Notes under the pieces: model-generated | The model's database searches: none | What the model was told of the DNA's origin: nothing | What the model saw: the letters and a program-made list of their open reading frames with translations, nothing else | Assembly: GCA_951406725.2 (NCBI GenBank) | Contig: OX597818.1 | Span: 21,142,001 to 21,206,000 of the forward strand | Direction: 5' to 3' | Source of the DNA: Octopus vulgaris | Lineage: Eukaryota | DNA length: 64,000 nt | In this document: positions 1 to 14,424 of the stretch, one piece after another | How the letters are laid out: every line of letters begins with the position of its first letter | Numbering within the stretch: position 1 is the stretch's first letter | Made by a program: the position numbers and the translations under genes

Positions 1-791
1 TTACCCCACCCTTCACTAGGTTTGTGTATGTGACACTGGATTGGTCCATCATTATTATTCTGCCTCTGTCCACCTTCCTCCTCCAAACACCTCCCTACTC
101 CTATCATTTCCATGTCACTCAAACCACCCCCACTCCATTTCATCTCACCACCTTTAATGATTGCACCACCCACAGCCTCATCGTTCTGCTGCCACCACCC
201 TCACTACATCTGTGTACAAAAGACTGCATTGAATCATTTGTATCTAATACACCTGACTTTATCGATGATGCCATCCATCTCTCTATCTACTATCTGTCTA
301 TCTATCTATCTCTCCCCGTCACCCATCACCTACACTTGCTATGTCCACCTCTGCTTTGCCCGTTGTTCACTCCCCACCACTTGTCTCTACCTCAATAAGT
401 CTGTCTCTACCATGCTAGTCTTGCTCCTTTTGCAGACCCATTTTGATCTTTCACTATTTCTCAACTGTATTTACCTGAGTGAATTTACACATCTCAGCTT
501 GTTAAACACTTTCTGCACCTACAGTGTACAAGGCCTCCATCCCCCACTTTGTATGATGGGGCCCATGAAAGAAAGTCAACCACCAGCCCTTAGCCACCTT
601 GTAAATTAGTTAAAGCAACAAGAGGTAAAATAGGGTAAAAAAAATCTTAATTCTGTCTCACTGAGGACTTGACAACCTCCTTAGTACTGATGTTATGGAA
701 AACCGATCACATTTGTAACGTGGAGTGCAAATGAATAGAGAAAGCACAAGGTTATGAGACGCCTTCAACAACTTTTTTTAATGTATTATAA

Positions 792-958
792 CAGTGCTCC
801 ACAACCTTTTTTCACTTGTGGTACACTTATATTCTTTTCAGAATACAGCAGCACACCTGAACTAAAAATATAACTAAAAGTGTAGGGAAAAAATTATATT
901 CAGGTTATACTTTGGCACACCTAGCATCACCTCGTGGCACACCGGTTTCAGAGCGTTG
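792..958. mobile_element. Degenerate hAT-type MITE
   Basis: Begins CAGTGCTCCACAACC and ends GGTTTCAGAGCGTTG; internal GTGGCACAC-type motifs; TSD only partial (ttataa). Confidence 0.45.
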
Positions 959-1914
959 TTATAATGCTGTTATAATATGAAACAATGTAAAAAGTTTTAA
1001 AGTAAAATTACAGACCCTGCATCTTTCCTAATCATTAATAGACTACATCAGAACAAATACTGATGAGTTTACTGGGAACTCTTTTTGTTGGCTTTTCCAG
1101 CATGATGTCATGGACCATGTCAAAAACTCCTGTTTTTCAATGAAGCAATGGAAGATCAACAAGTTCTAGGTGGCTAAAACTGTTTTCAAATCCTCTTATA
1201 AAAATGCTTAATTAGGCTTTATCACATATGTTGGCAGGTTCACCCAAAGCTAAAGAAAATAAAGTCCAAATACAGAAAAGACCTATAATTCAGATTCACC
1301 ACAAGAGTTCTTCAGTGCATCTCTTAAAAGTTTGTTTTGAGAGACAATTTCATCTACATATTTTCAACATTTTTATTGCCAATACTTGCAAATAAATATA
1401 TATTGAAACAAGGTCTAACAATTCCTCCTCCATCAGAGAAAGGTGTTTATAACTTTTTTTTGGCAGTGGGGGTTGTTTGTTTTGGCCAACACAAAAGATG
1501 CTTCTTTCATCACCAAATTTTCACAACTTCTTTCAACATGTGTTTTCATTTCTTACTTTTTCTTAATTATGTATTCTTCCCACAACTTCTATTTTAGCTT
1601 GAGGTAGTGTTTTCTAGTATTTATTAAGATGATGACTTCTATTATGTGAGAAACTATTTTCATGAATAATGTACTAGTTTTCTTAAAAGGACCCGCTATA
1701 GATAGGTGTCCATATCATCACCATTTATTGAATTCACACTTTGTATCCCTTTCTGATTTTTTTCCCTGATTTTCTTTTGCATTGTGATGGGTGTGAAATG
1801 AAAACACAACTTAGTTTTTGTATTTTGAAAACACACTTGCAAATGTCCACAAAGGAATAACAAAGTACAATGGAACAGTGTCAAACAAGCACTGGTTCTT
1901 GTCTAAGTCATCAT

Positions 1915-4009
1915 CAGAGGTGGGCACCATTAATCGAAAAGTTAACTTCATTAATCCATTAACCTAAAAGCTAATGTCGATAATTGTTAATCCATTAATT
2001 CCTTGAAAATGTAACAAGTTAAAGTTAATCCATTAATGTTAACTTTTATTGAAAAATGACATAACTACAATTTAATACTCCACCAAATTTGTTGCCTCAT
2101 AACTTCCAGAAAGATGGATACTTTTCAACGAAACTTCCACCAAATAATCACTTATATCCTGTAGATTACGTGTATGTAAAGATTTATTGGAAAAATTTTT
2201 CGAGGGATTGCGGGGGGGAGTTTCGGAAAATTCATGGAAACCGACATATCCACCCCATAACTTCCTGGAAAATAGGTATTTTTTTAATGAAATTTTATAC
2301 AAATACCTTTCAAACGGTGTAGGTTCCAATTACATAGAAATATGTAGGCAAAATTTTTGGAAGGGGGTGGGGGAGGGGAGTTTCTGAAAAACGGAGTTTC
2401 AGATTAGACAGCCCACATAAGTTGGAATTTCTCTGTTTTGACGGGGATTTTTTTCAGCATCTTTTCAAGTAAAAAAAAAAGGAAAAAACTTCGAAAATTT
2501 TATTTTTTTTTACTCCTGCCACTCACCACCCCAGTCTGAAACGATTTTGGCCATTTTTCTTTCCACTAGACACTTAAAACCTGTGAGAGAAACATTTTCA
2601 GTTTTTAAAAAATTGTTAATTTCAGAGGAAAATGTGTGATTTAAGGGAGATCTGGCTGTTGTTTCTAGCACATCCCAAAACCTCCCTCCTCGTTTTTTCT
2701 CACACACACATCTATTGATATTTTTCTCCTCATAAACAAATTTTATGGATTGATGATGTCAAAGTAACACACATGTAGTCCCAACCAAGTGAGGATGTGT
2801 TATGTGTGTATGTAAGAAAAACATCTTTAGTGTTCATATTAATCAGTCAAATGTAATGCTTATTTGTTCATGTACTTTTGAATTAGTTTCAAGAGGAGTA
2901 TCCACAATATTTGCTTGTAACTTTGTAAATTTTTTACGTACAGATTTGAAATTTTATCAGTGGATGCTTTATATACTACTGGTTTATAGTTATGTAATGT
3001 AATTTTAGTTGATCTTGCTGAGTAAATTTGACTTTTAGAGGCAGGTACATTTAATTAACAGGTGTAAAAGCAACAACATTATGGATAAACACTAAAATTG
3101 AAATTCTTAATGCATCTTACCTCTTTTATTTGTTACTAAAATTATCCCAGATGGCAACCGACAAAAATTTTGCCACTTTCCAACATGAGGTACATTAATT
3201 TAAATTAATTAAAATACAGGTATAATCAGAACAAGGTTTTATTTTTTCGGTAAATATTTCATACCATGGTGTGGAATAATTTTTTTCCAGTTTTTTTCAG
3301 GTGCATTCAATGTATCTGACCTACAAACATGCTACAAGCCATTTTTTTCCTGGAAAAGAAAGGTGGGAGGGGTGGTGGGGACCTCGAAATTTTCCACCAA
3401 GGGAGTTTTGTTTCACAGGTGTTATTTTTTCTTTTCTAGGTGATTTTGCATGCTTTTTCCATAAAAGGAAAGATTTGGCTGCTATTTCTAGCATGCCCTG
3501 CTACCACGTAACAGCTATTTGCGTTCACACCGAAATATTTACCAACTTTTTTCCACTTTGTGGAAGTCAGTATTTTCTCTGTTGACATCCACCTCAGCAA
3601 GGTCATAGATTAAATGGAAACACATCAATCACTTTTCCCTCTTGACAGGACTAAGAAATTCCCCCCCACCCCACCCGCTGTCTTTGCAAACATCAAGTGG
3701 GTGGACTTGGTTTCAACTCCAGGCAGGGCCAAACAAGGTCCTACAAGTTATTTATAATAATAAGTGGCGTTATATGAGGGTTGAAAGAATGACATGTACA
3801 ATATTAAGTATGCTAAGACAATGTGAAAACAATAGAAACTTTTAAACGTTTACTGGTTTTTATGAAACTTTTGGGTTAACAGACTTGAGTTAACAGAAGT
3901 TAATTAGTCCGATAATGATTTTCAAAGTTAACTTAGAGGTTCAATCATTAACGAAATGTTAACTTCATTAATTGAGATTAATGAATTAATGGACTTAAGC
4001 CCAACTCTG
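1915..4009. mobile_element. Non-autonomous hAT-family DNA transposon (about 2.1 kb)
   Basis: TIRs CAGAGGTGGGC / GCCCAACTCTG (1 mismatch), perfect 8-bp TSD GTCATCAT (1907-1914, 4010-4017), subterminal GTTAAC/ATTAAT repeats at both ends. Confidence 0.85.
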
Positions 4010-5678
4010 GTCATCATCATCATGTGTCTGTTTTCCATACTGGCATGGGTTAAATGGTTTGACCAGAGCTAGTAACCCAAAGAGTTGCACCAGGCTCCAC
4101 TTGTCTCTTTTGACTTTGTTTCTACAGCTGGATGCCCTTCCTTATGCCAACCACTTTGCACAGTGTACTGAGTGTCTTTTACATGTTACCAGCACAGGTG
4201 CCTATGCAGCCCACTATTTCTAATCATCCAATATTGGCCATCTTTGCTGCTGAGGATCCCTTGTTAACTTGGTGTGTTGGTGTTAACACATACAAATATT
4301 AAAGAAAGAGTAATAATGAACTTGGGATGTAGATGGTAACTCTTAGACATCTTTTTCATATTTTATATTCACATCAAACTGTTTGAAACACCATTGTTAT
4401 AAAGTATTGTAAATACAATCTAAAGATGAAACTAATAGAATGGAAGTTATTGTCTGAATAACTCATCTCAGTGTGCTACAAGTTTATTGGATAATGACAT
4501 TACTACAGTTTAGAGAAGGAAAGATTCCCAATCTGAATTCAGGCTGGGACCATGAACAATATATCCAAGAACAAAACAGTGGTGATTAGAGATCAAGCTG
4601 ATAGAAATGTGGTGCAGATATATATCGTTAATATAAACTCTAAAAATAACACCTAATGATTCCAAACAGTTATAATCTTTGCAAAATCTAAGTTTTAGTG
4701 ATTTTATATTATGCTACTATACACGTTTTTCTAATGGTGGAGAAGTGTGTATTATAATAATAGTTGTTACAATAATTTACATCTAGAATAACTTAACATT
4801 CTTTGTATTGTCAACATGCTTCACACCTGTTGAATCTCCTCTACACATCAGTTTTGAACAGTTGCTAGCTGTTTCAAATTTTTTTCTGTAACTCCAGATT
4901 TTGGACATTGGGTCATCAACAAAGGATTCATTAACTAGTGTAAAGAAGAGTCTACATATTGAAACCCACTTATTGATCATTAGATAGTTAACAATGAAGA
5001 ATGACTTAATTTGTGTGTTTGGGGAATCATCCTTCATATGAGCTGGTCAATCTAAGCAGGAAGACAAGAGATGTGTCAATATGAAATGATTGGTACCTAC
5101 TCTGTTGTCTTGAAAGTTAATCAAGCTCTATAATAAAAATATTTCAAGCATGGATACACTTATTTCTTCTCTTTAGCTGTAACACATGACTCCTACTGAA
5201 TGAATGTCTCAATTGTTTCCTGATATTCACAACAGATACCTCATAAGGATTATATATGTCCACTACACTGACAAAGTATGGTTGTGTGACCTCCAATTCT
5301 CTTGCAATGCAAAGCTGCTGTCATCAGCAATACCCAGTCTCTGCTGGCTTTGACTGCACAGTTAGATGCTTTTTGGACATCATTTCTACTGCCATTAATA
5401 TCAACCCCCATATATTTAGGTTTGTTGTGATAACATGGAGTGTAACTAAACCTATGGCTGCAAATCCTTACGGTAGATTTTCCCTTCCCCCCATCAATCA
5501 GGACTCACTGTTTTCACTAGTTTGATCATTATACATATTGATATCTTCTGGATAATTTCATTTGTACTGCTTCTAATATGGCCTCCATGCTTGGACTGAC
5601 AGTGGTGTGTGTCATAGTGTACAACTGAGAACATGGTCATTAAAACAGTCTTCACAATGGTCACTAGTCTATCTAGAG

Positions 5679-6001
5679 CAGGGATTCTCAACCATTTTTT
5701 ATCTGTGGATCTCTTTGATTATTATTTTATTCTGGTGGATCCCCATAGCCATTCAGTGTTTAAAAACTAGTTTTATAGATACTTCTTTCAAAATTCCTAT
5801 TTTACTTTTCACACATTAACTTGTTGGACTATGCAAATCACCAGAAAAAGAAACCTAGCTGTTTCTTGTAATACCAATACATACATCTAAAGCGAAATTT
5901 TTTCTGTGGGCCCCCTTAAAATACTATTGCAGATTCCCAAATAACTATTTTGTTGTGCAGACCCCCAAAAACCTAATATGGACCCTGGTTGAGAACCACT
6001 G
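5679..6001. mobile_element. hAT (Charlie-type) MITE
   Basis: TIRs CAGGGATTCTCAACC / GGTTGAGAACCACTG; TSD ATCTAGAG / ATCTAGTC; related copy in opposite orientation at 23557. Confidence 0.8.
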
Positions 6002-7043
6002 ATCTAGTCTCTCCACTGATAAAATATAAACTAGTTTTAAAGAGACTGATGAGGTCACTAACAGACTACAGTATATATTCATCTACTTTATATTTTATCT
6101 AATGAACAATATCATTGTTGGTTGGTTACAGTTTACTTCATTTCTAATGGCAAGAATGATGACATGGGAGTGACTAAACAACTTGAGTAGAGCAAATATC
6201 ACATCATTTCAAAGCACCAATTTTTCAGAAGTTTTTTTGCCAGTTTGTATCAGTAACATATATACTCACACACATTTTTTCCCCAAAAAAATTATGACTA
6301 TAGTGTCTCACCATCTTATGTCATGCTACTCTCTAGTCCTTCTTTCCCAGAACTATACACATCTCTGAAACTCCATCCGCCCCCAGTTTCTCAGCCAAAT
6401 TGAACCAAGTCAACCACTTAACTTTTGCAAAAGTTTAAGCAGTACAATGTTCAAACTAACCTTCTACACTCTTGTACAATCCACCACTGCATTACAGAGT
6501 ACATAGAGTAGCCTTCAGATAGGCAGAAAAATGGTATATTTGGAAAACAGATCTGAGAGTTATACCTTGTCATTCAGCCAACTATTTATGCGTGCTCTAT
6601 TTGTGTGTGTATGCTTGTAGGACTGTTCAATCAGAACTGACCTATACAACAACTGCTACAACCACTTACTTGTAACAATTCAAACTGAATAATAACTATA
6701 TTAACCCTGCCCAGTTACATTTCCTTATCCTCGACCTGGTCTTGAAAGAACATGAAAAAGCTATGGGCATTGCCCTTCCTACTCATACTAATTTAATTAT
6801 ACAATGCTGGCAACAACTGTGAACTTGAAATAGTTAATATCTGTCTGGTTGGCATTAACTCAAGGGATAGTGTAAACAAAAATAAAAGAAAGGAAGGTGT
6901 GGTGTTGTAATATAGTACGTGTTTACTTGTCTTCACTTGAGTGGTGGTGATATGTGATGTGGTAGTGAAATTGTGTAATGATATCTGCAGCTTAGAACAA
7001 TGTTATTTCAGTGTTAGTAAATGGATATACATGTTTATATGTG

Positions 7044-7088
<45 letters not shown>

Positions 7089-8351
7089 GAACATGTATGT
7101 TTCTATTTATAGTATTTATGTATATATAGCTTCACACACGTACACACACACCATTATCAGTAGTTTTACATTCATTTTGTCATGCCTGTATGGGTTTGTG
7201 TGTGTGTGTGTGTGTGTGTGTTCTGTGCTTACGCATGTGTGACCCACTCTTGCCTAAAATACTACCAGCCGCAAAGTAGTGAAATTACAATAAGTACACC
7301 CCAGAAATATATAAAGTAAATAGATGTAAACATTATCTCACTTGCTGTATCTAATGGCATGTTCAGCAATCTAGCTAAAAACAGCTGAAGATAAAACTTT
7401 CCTAGTTTCACTGAAATAAACTAACATAGCCTAAGTTCTGTTTGAGTATATCCTATCCAACGCATAAACACACACATACATGTATATAGATAGATAGATA
7501 ATTGTATATGCACATCATCATCATCATCATCATTTAGTGTCCACTTTCCATGCTAGCATGGGTTGGACGGTTCAACTGGGGTCTGGGAAGCCAGAAGGCT
7601 GCACCAGGCCCAGTCTGATCTGGCAATGTTTCTATGGCTGGATGCCCTTCCTAACACCAACCACTCCATGAGTGTAGTGGGTGCTTTTTATGTGCCACCG
7701 GCACAGGTACCAGACGAGGCTGGCAAACAGCCACGATCGGATGGTGCTTTTTACGTGCCACATAATATATAATCTTGATTATTTGAACAAAAATAGTGAA
7801 CTCAGTACATAAGAGGAGGGAAAAATATACATTGGCAATATGGTTAAGAAACTTACTGTGCAACCACATGATTTTAAGTTCAATCTCACTGCTTGGCATC
7901 TTGGACAAATGTCTTCTACTGTACCACTTTCGAATTATACCACCCTGCTGGATAGGCAAGCAGGCCAATATTCCTTTGATCAGAAGGTTATTCTATCACA
8001 GGATTACCCATTTGCAGCTGAGTGAACTGGAGCAACATGAAATAAAGGGTTTTGCTCAAGAATACAATGTACCATCTGGTCCAGGAACTGAACCCACAAT
8101 CTAGAGATCTTGAGTGCAACACTAGGCCACCTGCCTTCATAGTGTGTGTATGTGGGGGTGTATGTGTATTTGTGTATGTTTCCCCAGCTACTTGACAACC
8201 AGTACTGGTTTGTTTACATCTCCATAACTTAGCAGTTCAGCAAAAGAGAATAATAGAACAACTAACTGACTTTGATAAGTACTGGAGTTGAGTTGTTCAA
8301 CTAAACCCTTCAAGGCAGTGCCCCAGCATGACCAATAACTGAAACAAATAA

Positions 8352-8609
8352 AATAAAAATAAATGCGCCCTTTTAAAGCCTAGCCAGGCTCATGGGCCCG
8401 GTTACCTGGTTTCAATGGTGTATGTGCTCCCCAGCTGGATGGGACTCCAATCCATCACAGTGTTACTCATTTTTGCCAGCTGAGTGGACTGGAGCAACGT
8501 GAAATGAAGCGTTTTGCTCAAGAACACAACACATTGCCTGGTCCAGGAATCGAAACCACAATCTTATGATCACGATGCTGACACCCCAACCACTAAGCCA
8601 CATGCCTCC
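8352..8609 (-). mobile_element. tRNA-derived SINE family D
   Basis: Head tggaggcatgtggcttagtggttgggg...ggtttcgattcctgg; 14-bp TSD ACTGAAACAAATAA (8338-8351, 8610-8623). Confidence 0.85.
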
Positions 8610-9168
8610 ACTGAAACAAATAAGATAATTAAACATTAAACTGACATTTGAGCAGCAGCAGCATTTGTAATGTTGAAAGGAGTTTTATAATCCTATCTTC
8701 ATTATGGATATTCATGAAAGTAGATGGAGCATAGCATGAAGTATCTAGATTCAGGAACAACGTTTTTACATCCGCTTTCCATACTGGTATGGGTTAGATG
8801 GAATGTCACAGTTCAAATAAGTTCTTATGGAAGCTACCTCTCTCATAGATTGGTGCTCATATCTTTCATTTTGGCTGGATGCCTTTCTTGTAACTAACCT
8901 GCTGTTTCTCAAGAGTCAGTAAATGAAGGAATGTCAGTGCCTCTGACCTTTGCAGTCCATCTTGGACTGTTAAGACGACAGTCAAAGTTCAACCTTGAAA
9001 ATCTGTAGGTTGATGTTTGTATGACAGCTTTGGAGGATTGACTGAAGTGTTTAGTTTGCTATATAGGAATAGAAGGTGATGTCACCTTTATTGACATAAT
9101 GGCAATTAGGTCATAGAGACCTAACCAAATCTTGAAACATACACTGTTAATGATAGAATGTTCTTTAA

Positions 9169-9388
9169 CCCCTTGCAGACAGATTTAGTACTGACAGGCT
9201 GTGCTATGTACTGGTATTAGGCCATTCAGTAACTACATAATTTTTCATGCAAGGAATTTTACAGTGCATTTTAAGATTCTTCTTAATGTGGTATATTTGA
9301 AAACTCAGTGCTGCACTAAGTGAGACATCACACAGCTCGCACACACAGTGTTTCGATGCTGTCAGTACTGCTTCCCGTCTGCAAGGGG
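9169..9388. mobile_element. piggyBac-like MITE
   Basis: TTAA | CCCCTTGCAGAC ... GTCTGCAAGGGG | TTAA, plus internal inverted AGTACTGACAG / CTGTCAGTACT. Confidence 0.85.
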
Positions 9389-9392
9389 TTAA

Positions 9393-9615
9393 CTCTTTTG
9401 ACACCAACCTGTCTGAAACCACCTCTAATTCTATGATACAAGCTTTCTATTTTAAAGTGATCTAAATAAAACCTACCATCAAAATTTTCTGTAATTTATG
9501 TTCCAAATATCAGCTTAACGATGACGAAATTATTTTACCAAATTCTTGATTACTTTCAAAATTTATTGAAACAGAAGTGGTATATTTTGACAGAAATATG
9601 GTTAAGAAAAGGACT
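9393..9615. mobile_element. Degenerate piggyBac-like MITE (22850 family, reversed) abutting the previous one at a shared TTAA
   Basis: Reverse-complement similarity to 22850-23070 (ccaacctgtctgaaacc...). Confidence 0.6.
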
Positions 9616-10246
9616 AAAGAGAGCTCTAGCACTACACATTGAAATGAAGCTATTTCTTATGAAATTTTGTATCCAAAAGTTGGAGCAGTTATAGTTCTAA
9701 GGCTGAGATGCATGTGTTTGTTTGTGTTACTGTCTATATGTGAACGACTTTCTGTATGTCATTTATTGGTTTATGAAAGTAATGCCATTTGATATAACAT
9801 TAACAGCTTAAGCTGGAAAATTATTTTTAAATAATTTTTGAATTAATGTAGAGTCATGTTTCCTTTAAAGACTATATTCAAGTTATGCATGAATGAATTA
9901 ACGGACAATGTTTATTATTGTTTTTCCTTGAGGTTAAATTACAGCTACATGGTCTGTGATATTGCAGTGAAGTACTTACACACACATGCGCTTATGTTTA
10001 TATGTATATAAATAGTGTCAAGGCAAGGCAATAGTAACTCATACACACACAATGGGTTTCTTTTCAGTTTCTGTCTAGCAAATCTATTCACAAGGCTTAG
10101 GTCAGCCTGGAGCTATAATAGCAAGCATTTGCCCAAGATGACACACACAGTGGGACTGAACTTGGGACCATGTGGTTGGGAAACAAACTTCTTACCACAC
10201 AGTTACACCTGTGCCTATACACACAGTTATGCCTGCACCTATTCTG

Positions 10247-10609
10247 TTATTCTTCTACTTGTTTCAGTTATTTGACTGCGGCCATGCTGGAGCACCACCT
10301 TTAGTCGAGCAAATCAACCCCAGGACTTATTCTTTGTAAGCTTAGTATTTATTCTATCGGTCTCTTTTGCCAAACCGCTAAGTTACGGGGACGTAAACAC
10401 ACCAGCATCGGTTGTCAAGCGATGTTGAGGGGCAAACATATATATGACAGGCTTCTTTCAGTTTCTGTCTACCAAATCCACTCACAAGGCTTTGGTCGGC
10501 CTGAGGCTATAGTAGAAGACACTTGCCCAAGGTGCCATGCAGTGAGAATGAACCCGGAACCATGTGGTTGGTAAACAAGCTACTTACCACACAGCCACTC
10601 CTGCGCCTA
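10247..10609 (-). mobile_element. tRNA-derived SINE family A, near-full-length copy
   Basis: Head ggcgcaggagtggctgtgtggtaag...ggttccgggttcattctc with A and B boxes. Many copies: about 10040-10220, 10715-11100, 11880-12230, 12950-13580, 19410-19790, 48620-49355, 58800-59180 and 62760-63510. Confidence 0.85.
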
Positions 10610-12583
10610 TATATGCATAAACATGTAGGCCTAAGCATACATGTTTATATATATATATACACATGTTTTTATGCCTATACATACATGTGAATGTACAGGC
10701 ATACACACACACAATTGTGGTATGAAGTTTGCATCCTAGCCATATGTTTCTGATTCAGTCACCTGAGACTTCTGCTGTAGCCCTGACCTTGTGAAAAGAT
10801 TTGGTTGGCAAAAACTGAAAGAAGCCTGTGATATGTGTGTGTGTGTGTGTGTGTGTGTGAGGGGGTATATATGCATGTATGTTTGTGTGTCTTTGTGTTT
10901 GTTCTCCTTCCACTTGACAACGGATGTTGGTTTGTTTGGATACACTGTAACTTAGCAATTTGGCAAAAGTGATTGATAAAATAATACCAGACTTGAATAA
11001 AAATAAGTACTGGGCTCAATTTGTTTGACTTTAAAACCCTTCAAAGTGGTCCCCCCACATGGCAGTTGTCCAAAGATTGAAACAAGTAAAAGATAAAAGA
11101 TAAAGACATGCATATATACATACATATATACGTGTTTTTTTCCCTACTAAAACAACATATTGTATTGTGTGTATGAGAAATAGTGAGAAGGCGGTCAGCT
11201 CATGTTGTACTGTTGTTTGTGTTTGTGACAATCAGAGGAAGGCATACAGGGAGAGAAAATCAAAATGAGAGAAAAGACAAGAGTTTGGGAACATATGTAC
11301 CCATTTTTCTAGCTTCATCAATTAAGTCAGTAATAAAATTAACCTATATTTTTCTACTAAAGTCAACATTATTTTTTGTTCATGTTGTTGTTGATGTTGT
11401 TGTTGTCAAACAGGAACTGTGAATGCAGACAAAATCTCAAAACTAGATCAAATTTCTCATACTCCATCATCATCATTACCATCATCATCATCATCATCAT
11501 GAACAAACACATCCCAGTTTCTGGAGTGGAGCAGGGGAAATGGCAATGCTCTTTTTTTTTCCTTCTTCTACTACTGTTGTTGTTTTTTCTTGTTAATTAG
11601 GAATTATCTTATTGTCCTTGAGTAAATTGTCTATACAGTTTAAATACACTACATCTGTTTTATTGCCATTGTTACTGTTCACATTGTTTTTAATTCTGAA
11701 TTGAAAATGAAAGCCATTTTAGAGAATTAGAGGTTAGTCTATTGTAGAAGTGTTGGCAGGGGTAAGAGTGAACTGAAATAAGGAAGCAGGTCACAGTTTT
11801 TGAAATGCTATTGAATCTTTGAATTAAATTAAAATATTTAGGGAGGAAGGTTTGCCTTTGTGAGCTTAGCTTTTTCTTTTCTTTTTCTTTTATTTTATTG
11901 GTTTCAGTCATTGGACTACAGCGATGCTGGGACAGCATTTTCAAGGGTTCTGTTGAACAAATTGACCTTGGCACTTATTTTTAAGCCTGATATTTATTCT
12001 ATTGGTCTCATTTGCCAAACTACTAAGTCACATGGGTGTAAACAAACTAACACTAGTTGCCAAGCAGTGGTAGAAGACAAATGCAAAGACACACACACAC
12101 ACATGACAAGCTTCTTTCAGTTTCCATCTACCTGATCCACTCACAAGGCTTTGGTTGACCCAGGGCTGTAGTAGGAGAAACTGGCTCAAGGTCCTGTACA
12201 GTAGGATTGAACCTGAAAACATGTCATTGGGTAAACAAAAACTTTTAGTTTCCACTTTTTATCCCCAAACAGAAATTTTGCATAGCTCTTGTCTATTAGG
12301 TAGCACCCCTCACCATACCCAGTTTCTACAACTAGCAAAGTACAGTTGTAATCTTAGTTTCAGTTACTAATTAATATCCCTTTATCAGCCATTTGCATGG
12401 ATCAGATGTGGTTTAAGTGGATATATGATTCTTTCGTTTATTTATTTGGTTGATTGACTTAGTTGGTGGTGGGGACAGAAATTTTTTTAGTGAAAGCAAT
12501 TGAATATGTCATATTATTTTACTTATTGCCAAGGAAACAAAAACAAAAAAAAACCTTTGCTATCCTAGCTTCTGGTGAATTTA

Positions 12584-12759
12584 CAAGGGGGTACTGAAAA
12601 GTTCTTGGCTTTAAGGACATCACAAAAGGCCTGGTTGGAGACCCAACCTTCCAAGTTCTTTTACAGGGCTTAGAAAATCTGAAGCACTGTTGCAATAAAT
12701 GTATGAATCTGAGAGGATTTTCTGTTATCCAAAGCCAGGAACTTTTCAACAACCCCTCG
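12584..12759. mobile_element. mariner-derived MITE
   Basis: TA | CAAGGGGGTACTGAAAAGTTCTTGGCTTT ... AAAGCCAGGAACTTTTCAACAACCCCTCG | TA (about 29-bp imperfect TIR). Confidence 0.8.
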
Positions 12760-13901
12760 TAACAACCTTCAGCTGAAATCCTTCCTCCTCTTCTTTTTCG
12801 GTTTCTGTTGATCACATGATGATCACACATGGAAACTCTGTTTACCTAATTATACATGTTGATATTGCATCAAAGAAAAAAATAAGGCCCACTGGTTTCT
12901 TAGTTGTTCAAGCCCACAAATAATTCTTCTTTGCCTACATTTTTACATAGCTGTGTGGTTAAGAAGCTTGCTTTACAACCACATGGTTTCATGTTCAGTC
13001 CTACTACTTGAGTGAGCGTCTTCTATTGGAACTCCTGGTCAACCACTGCCTTGTGAGTGAATTTGGTAGATGGAAACTATGTGGAAGCCTGACATGTGTA
13101 TGTGTGTGTCATCATCATCATTATCATCGTTTAATGTTTGTTTTCTATGCTGGCATGGGTTTGATGGTTTGACCAGAGCTGGTAAGGCCAGGGGCTGCAC
13201 CTGGTTCCTTTGTCTGTTCTGGCATTGTTTCTACGACTGGATGCTTTTTATGTGGCACCAACACAGGTGTTTTATGGCACCAGTATCAATTCTGCTGTGT
13301 TGGACAGGTCTTCTCGAGTACAGCAATGTACTCTTCTTGAGTACAGCAATGCACCAGATGTGTGTTTGTGTCTGTGTTTGCCCCTCACACTCATCTGCTT
13401 AACAACTAATGTCAGTTTGTTTTACATCCCCATAACTTAGTGGTTCAGCAAAAGAGACCGATAGAATAAGCACCAATCTTAAAACAAAAAATGGAAGCAC
13501 TGGGATTGACTTGTTTGCCTAAAATCTTTCAAGGCAAATGATCCAGCATGGCCACAGTCCAATGACTAAAACGAGCAAAAATTAAATGATACACTTTGGT
13601 ATTATATTGCTTGTGCATTTGGATGCACTTTTGAACTTTCAGGGAGACTGCTTATCCCTTATGAAATAATCCTTCACCACATACCACATAACCATTATAA
13701 AAAACATTTCTGCCAAATTTTCACACCATCACACTAATACCACTACTGTCTCCCTCCCTCCCTCCCTTCCTCTCTTTCTCTCTCTCACACACACACACAC
13801 ACAAACAGTTAATTCTACCACCAAACGCCAACACTAGCATCATCACCACCACACCCACTATCACCATCTCCACCAACACCACTCTCATTGCCACCACCAA
13901 C

Positions 13902-13986
13902 ACCACCACCATCATCATACCACCACCATCATCATACCACCACCATCATCATACCACCACCATCATCATACCACCACCATCATCAT
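13902..13986. repeat. 17-bp tandem repeat ACCACCACCATCATCAT x5
   Basis: Read directly from the sequence. Confidence 0.9.
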
Positions 13987-14424
13987 GACACCACCAACCA
14001 GAACAAGCACCCACTGCACCAGTGCAACTCCTAACCACCTAAACTAATTCAATCATCAAAAGCCCATGCCGCCACCACCACCTTAACATGCACTACTACA
14101 ACTGCTACAATTGCCTTCACTGCTGTTACAACACTTTATTTGATACTATAATTTACATTAAATATGAAATACACAAAGCACTATATAGATATCTGTTTAA
14201 TATATTTTAAAATGTTACGTATAGGCTCAAGCATGGCTGTGTGGTAAGAAGCTTGCTTCCCAAACACATGGTTCTGGGTTCAGTCTCACTGCATGGCACC
14301 TTGGGCAAGTGTCTTCTACTATAGCCTTGGGTAGACCAAAGCCTTGTGAGTGGATTTGGTAGATAGAAACTGAAAGAAGCCTGTTGTACATACATACATA
14401 TATATAAATGTATGTATATATAAA

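Noticed and set aside
24-609. Overlapping 124-aa and 165-aa ORFs
   Set aside because: C/T-rich low-complexity sequence with CTAT repeats; no recognisable protein features.
1696-1884. Minus-strand ORF ending NGDDMDTYL, faintly like the CACTA transposase motif GNDIDVYL
   Set aside because: The match is too short, is followed by a stop, and no other motif supports it.
6046-6070. CTGATGAG hammerhead-like start (another near 1060)
   Set aside because: No GAAA core after the putative stem II.
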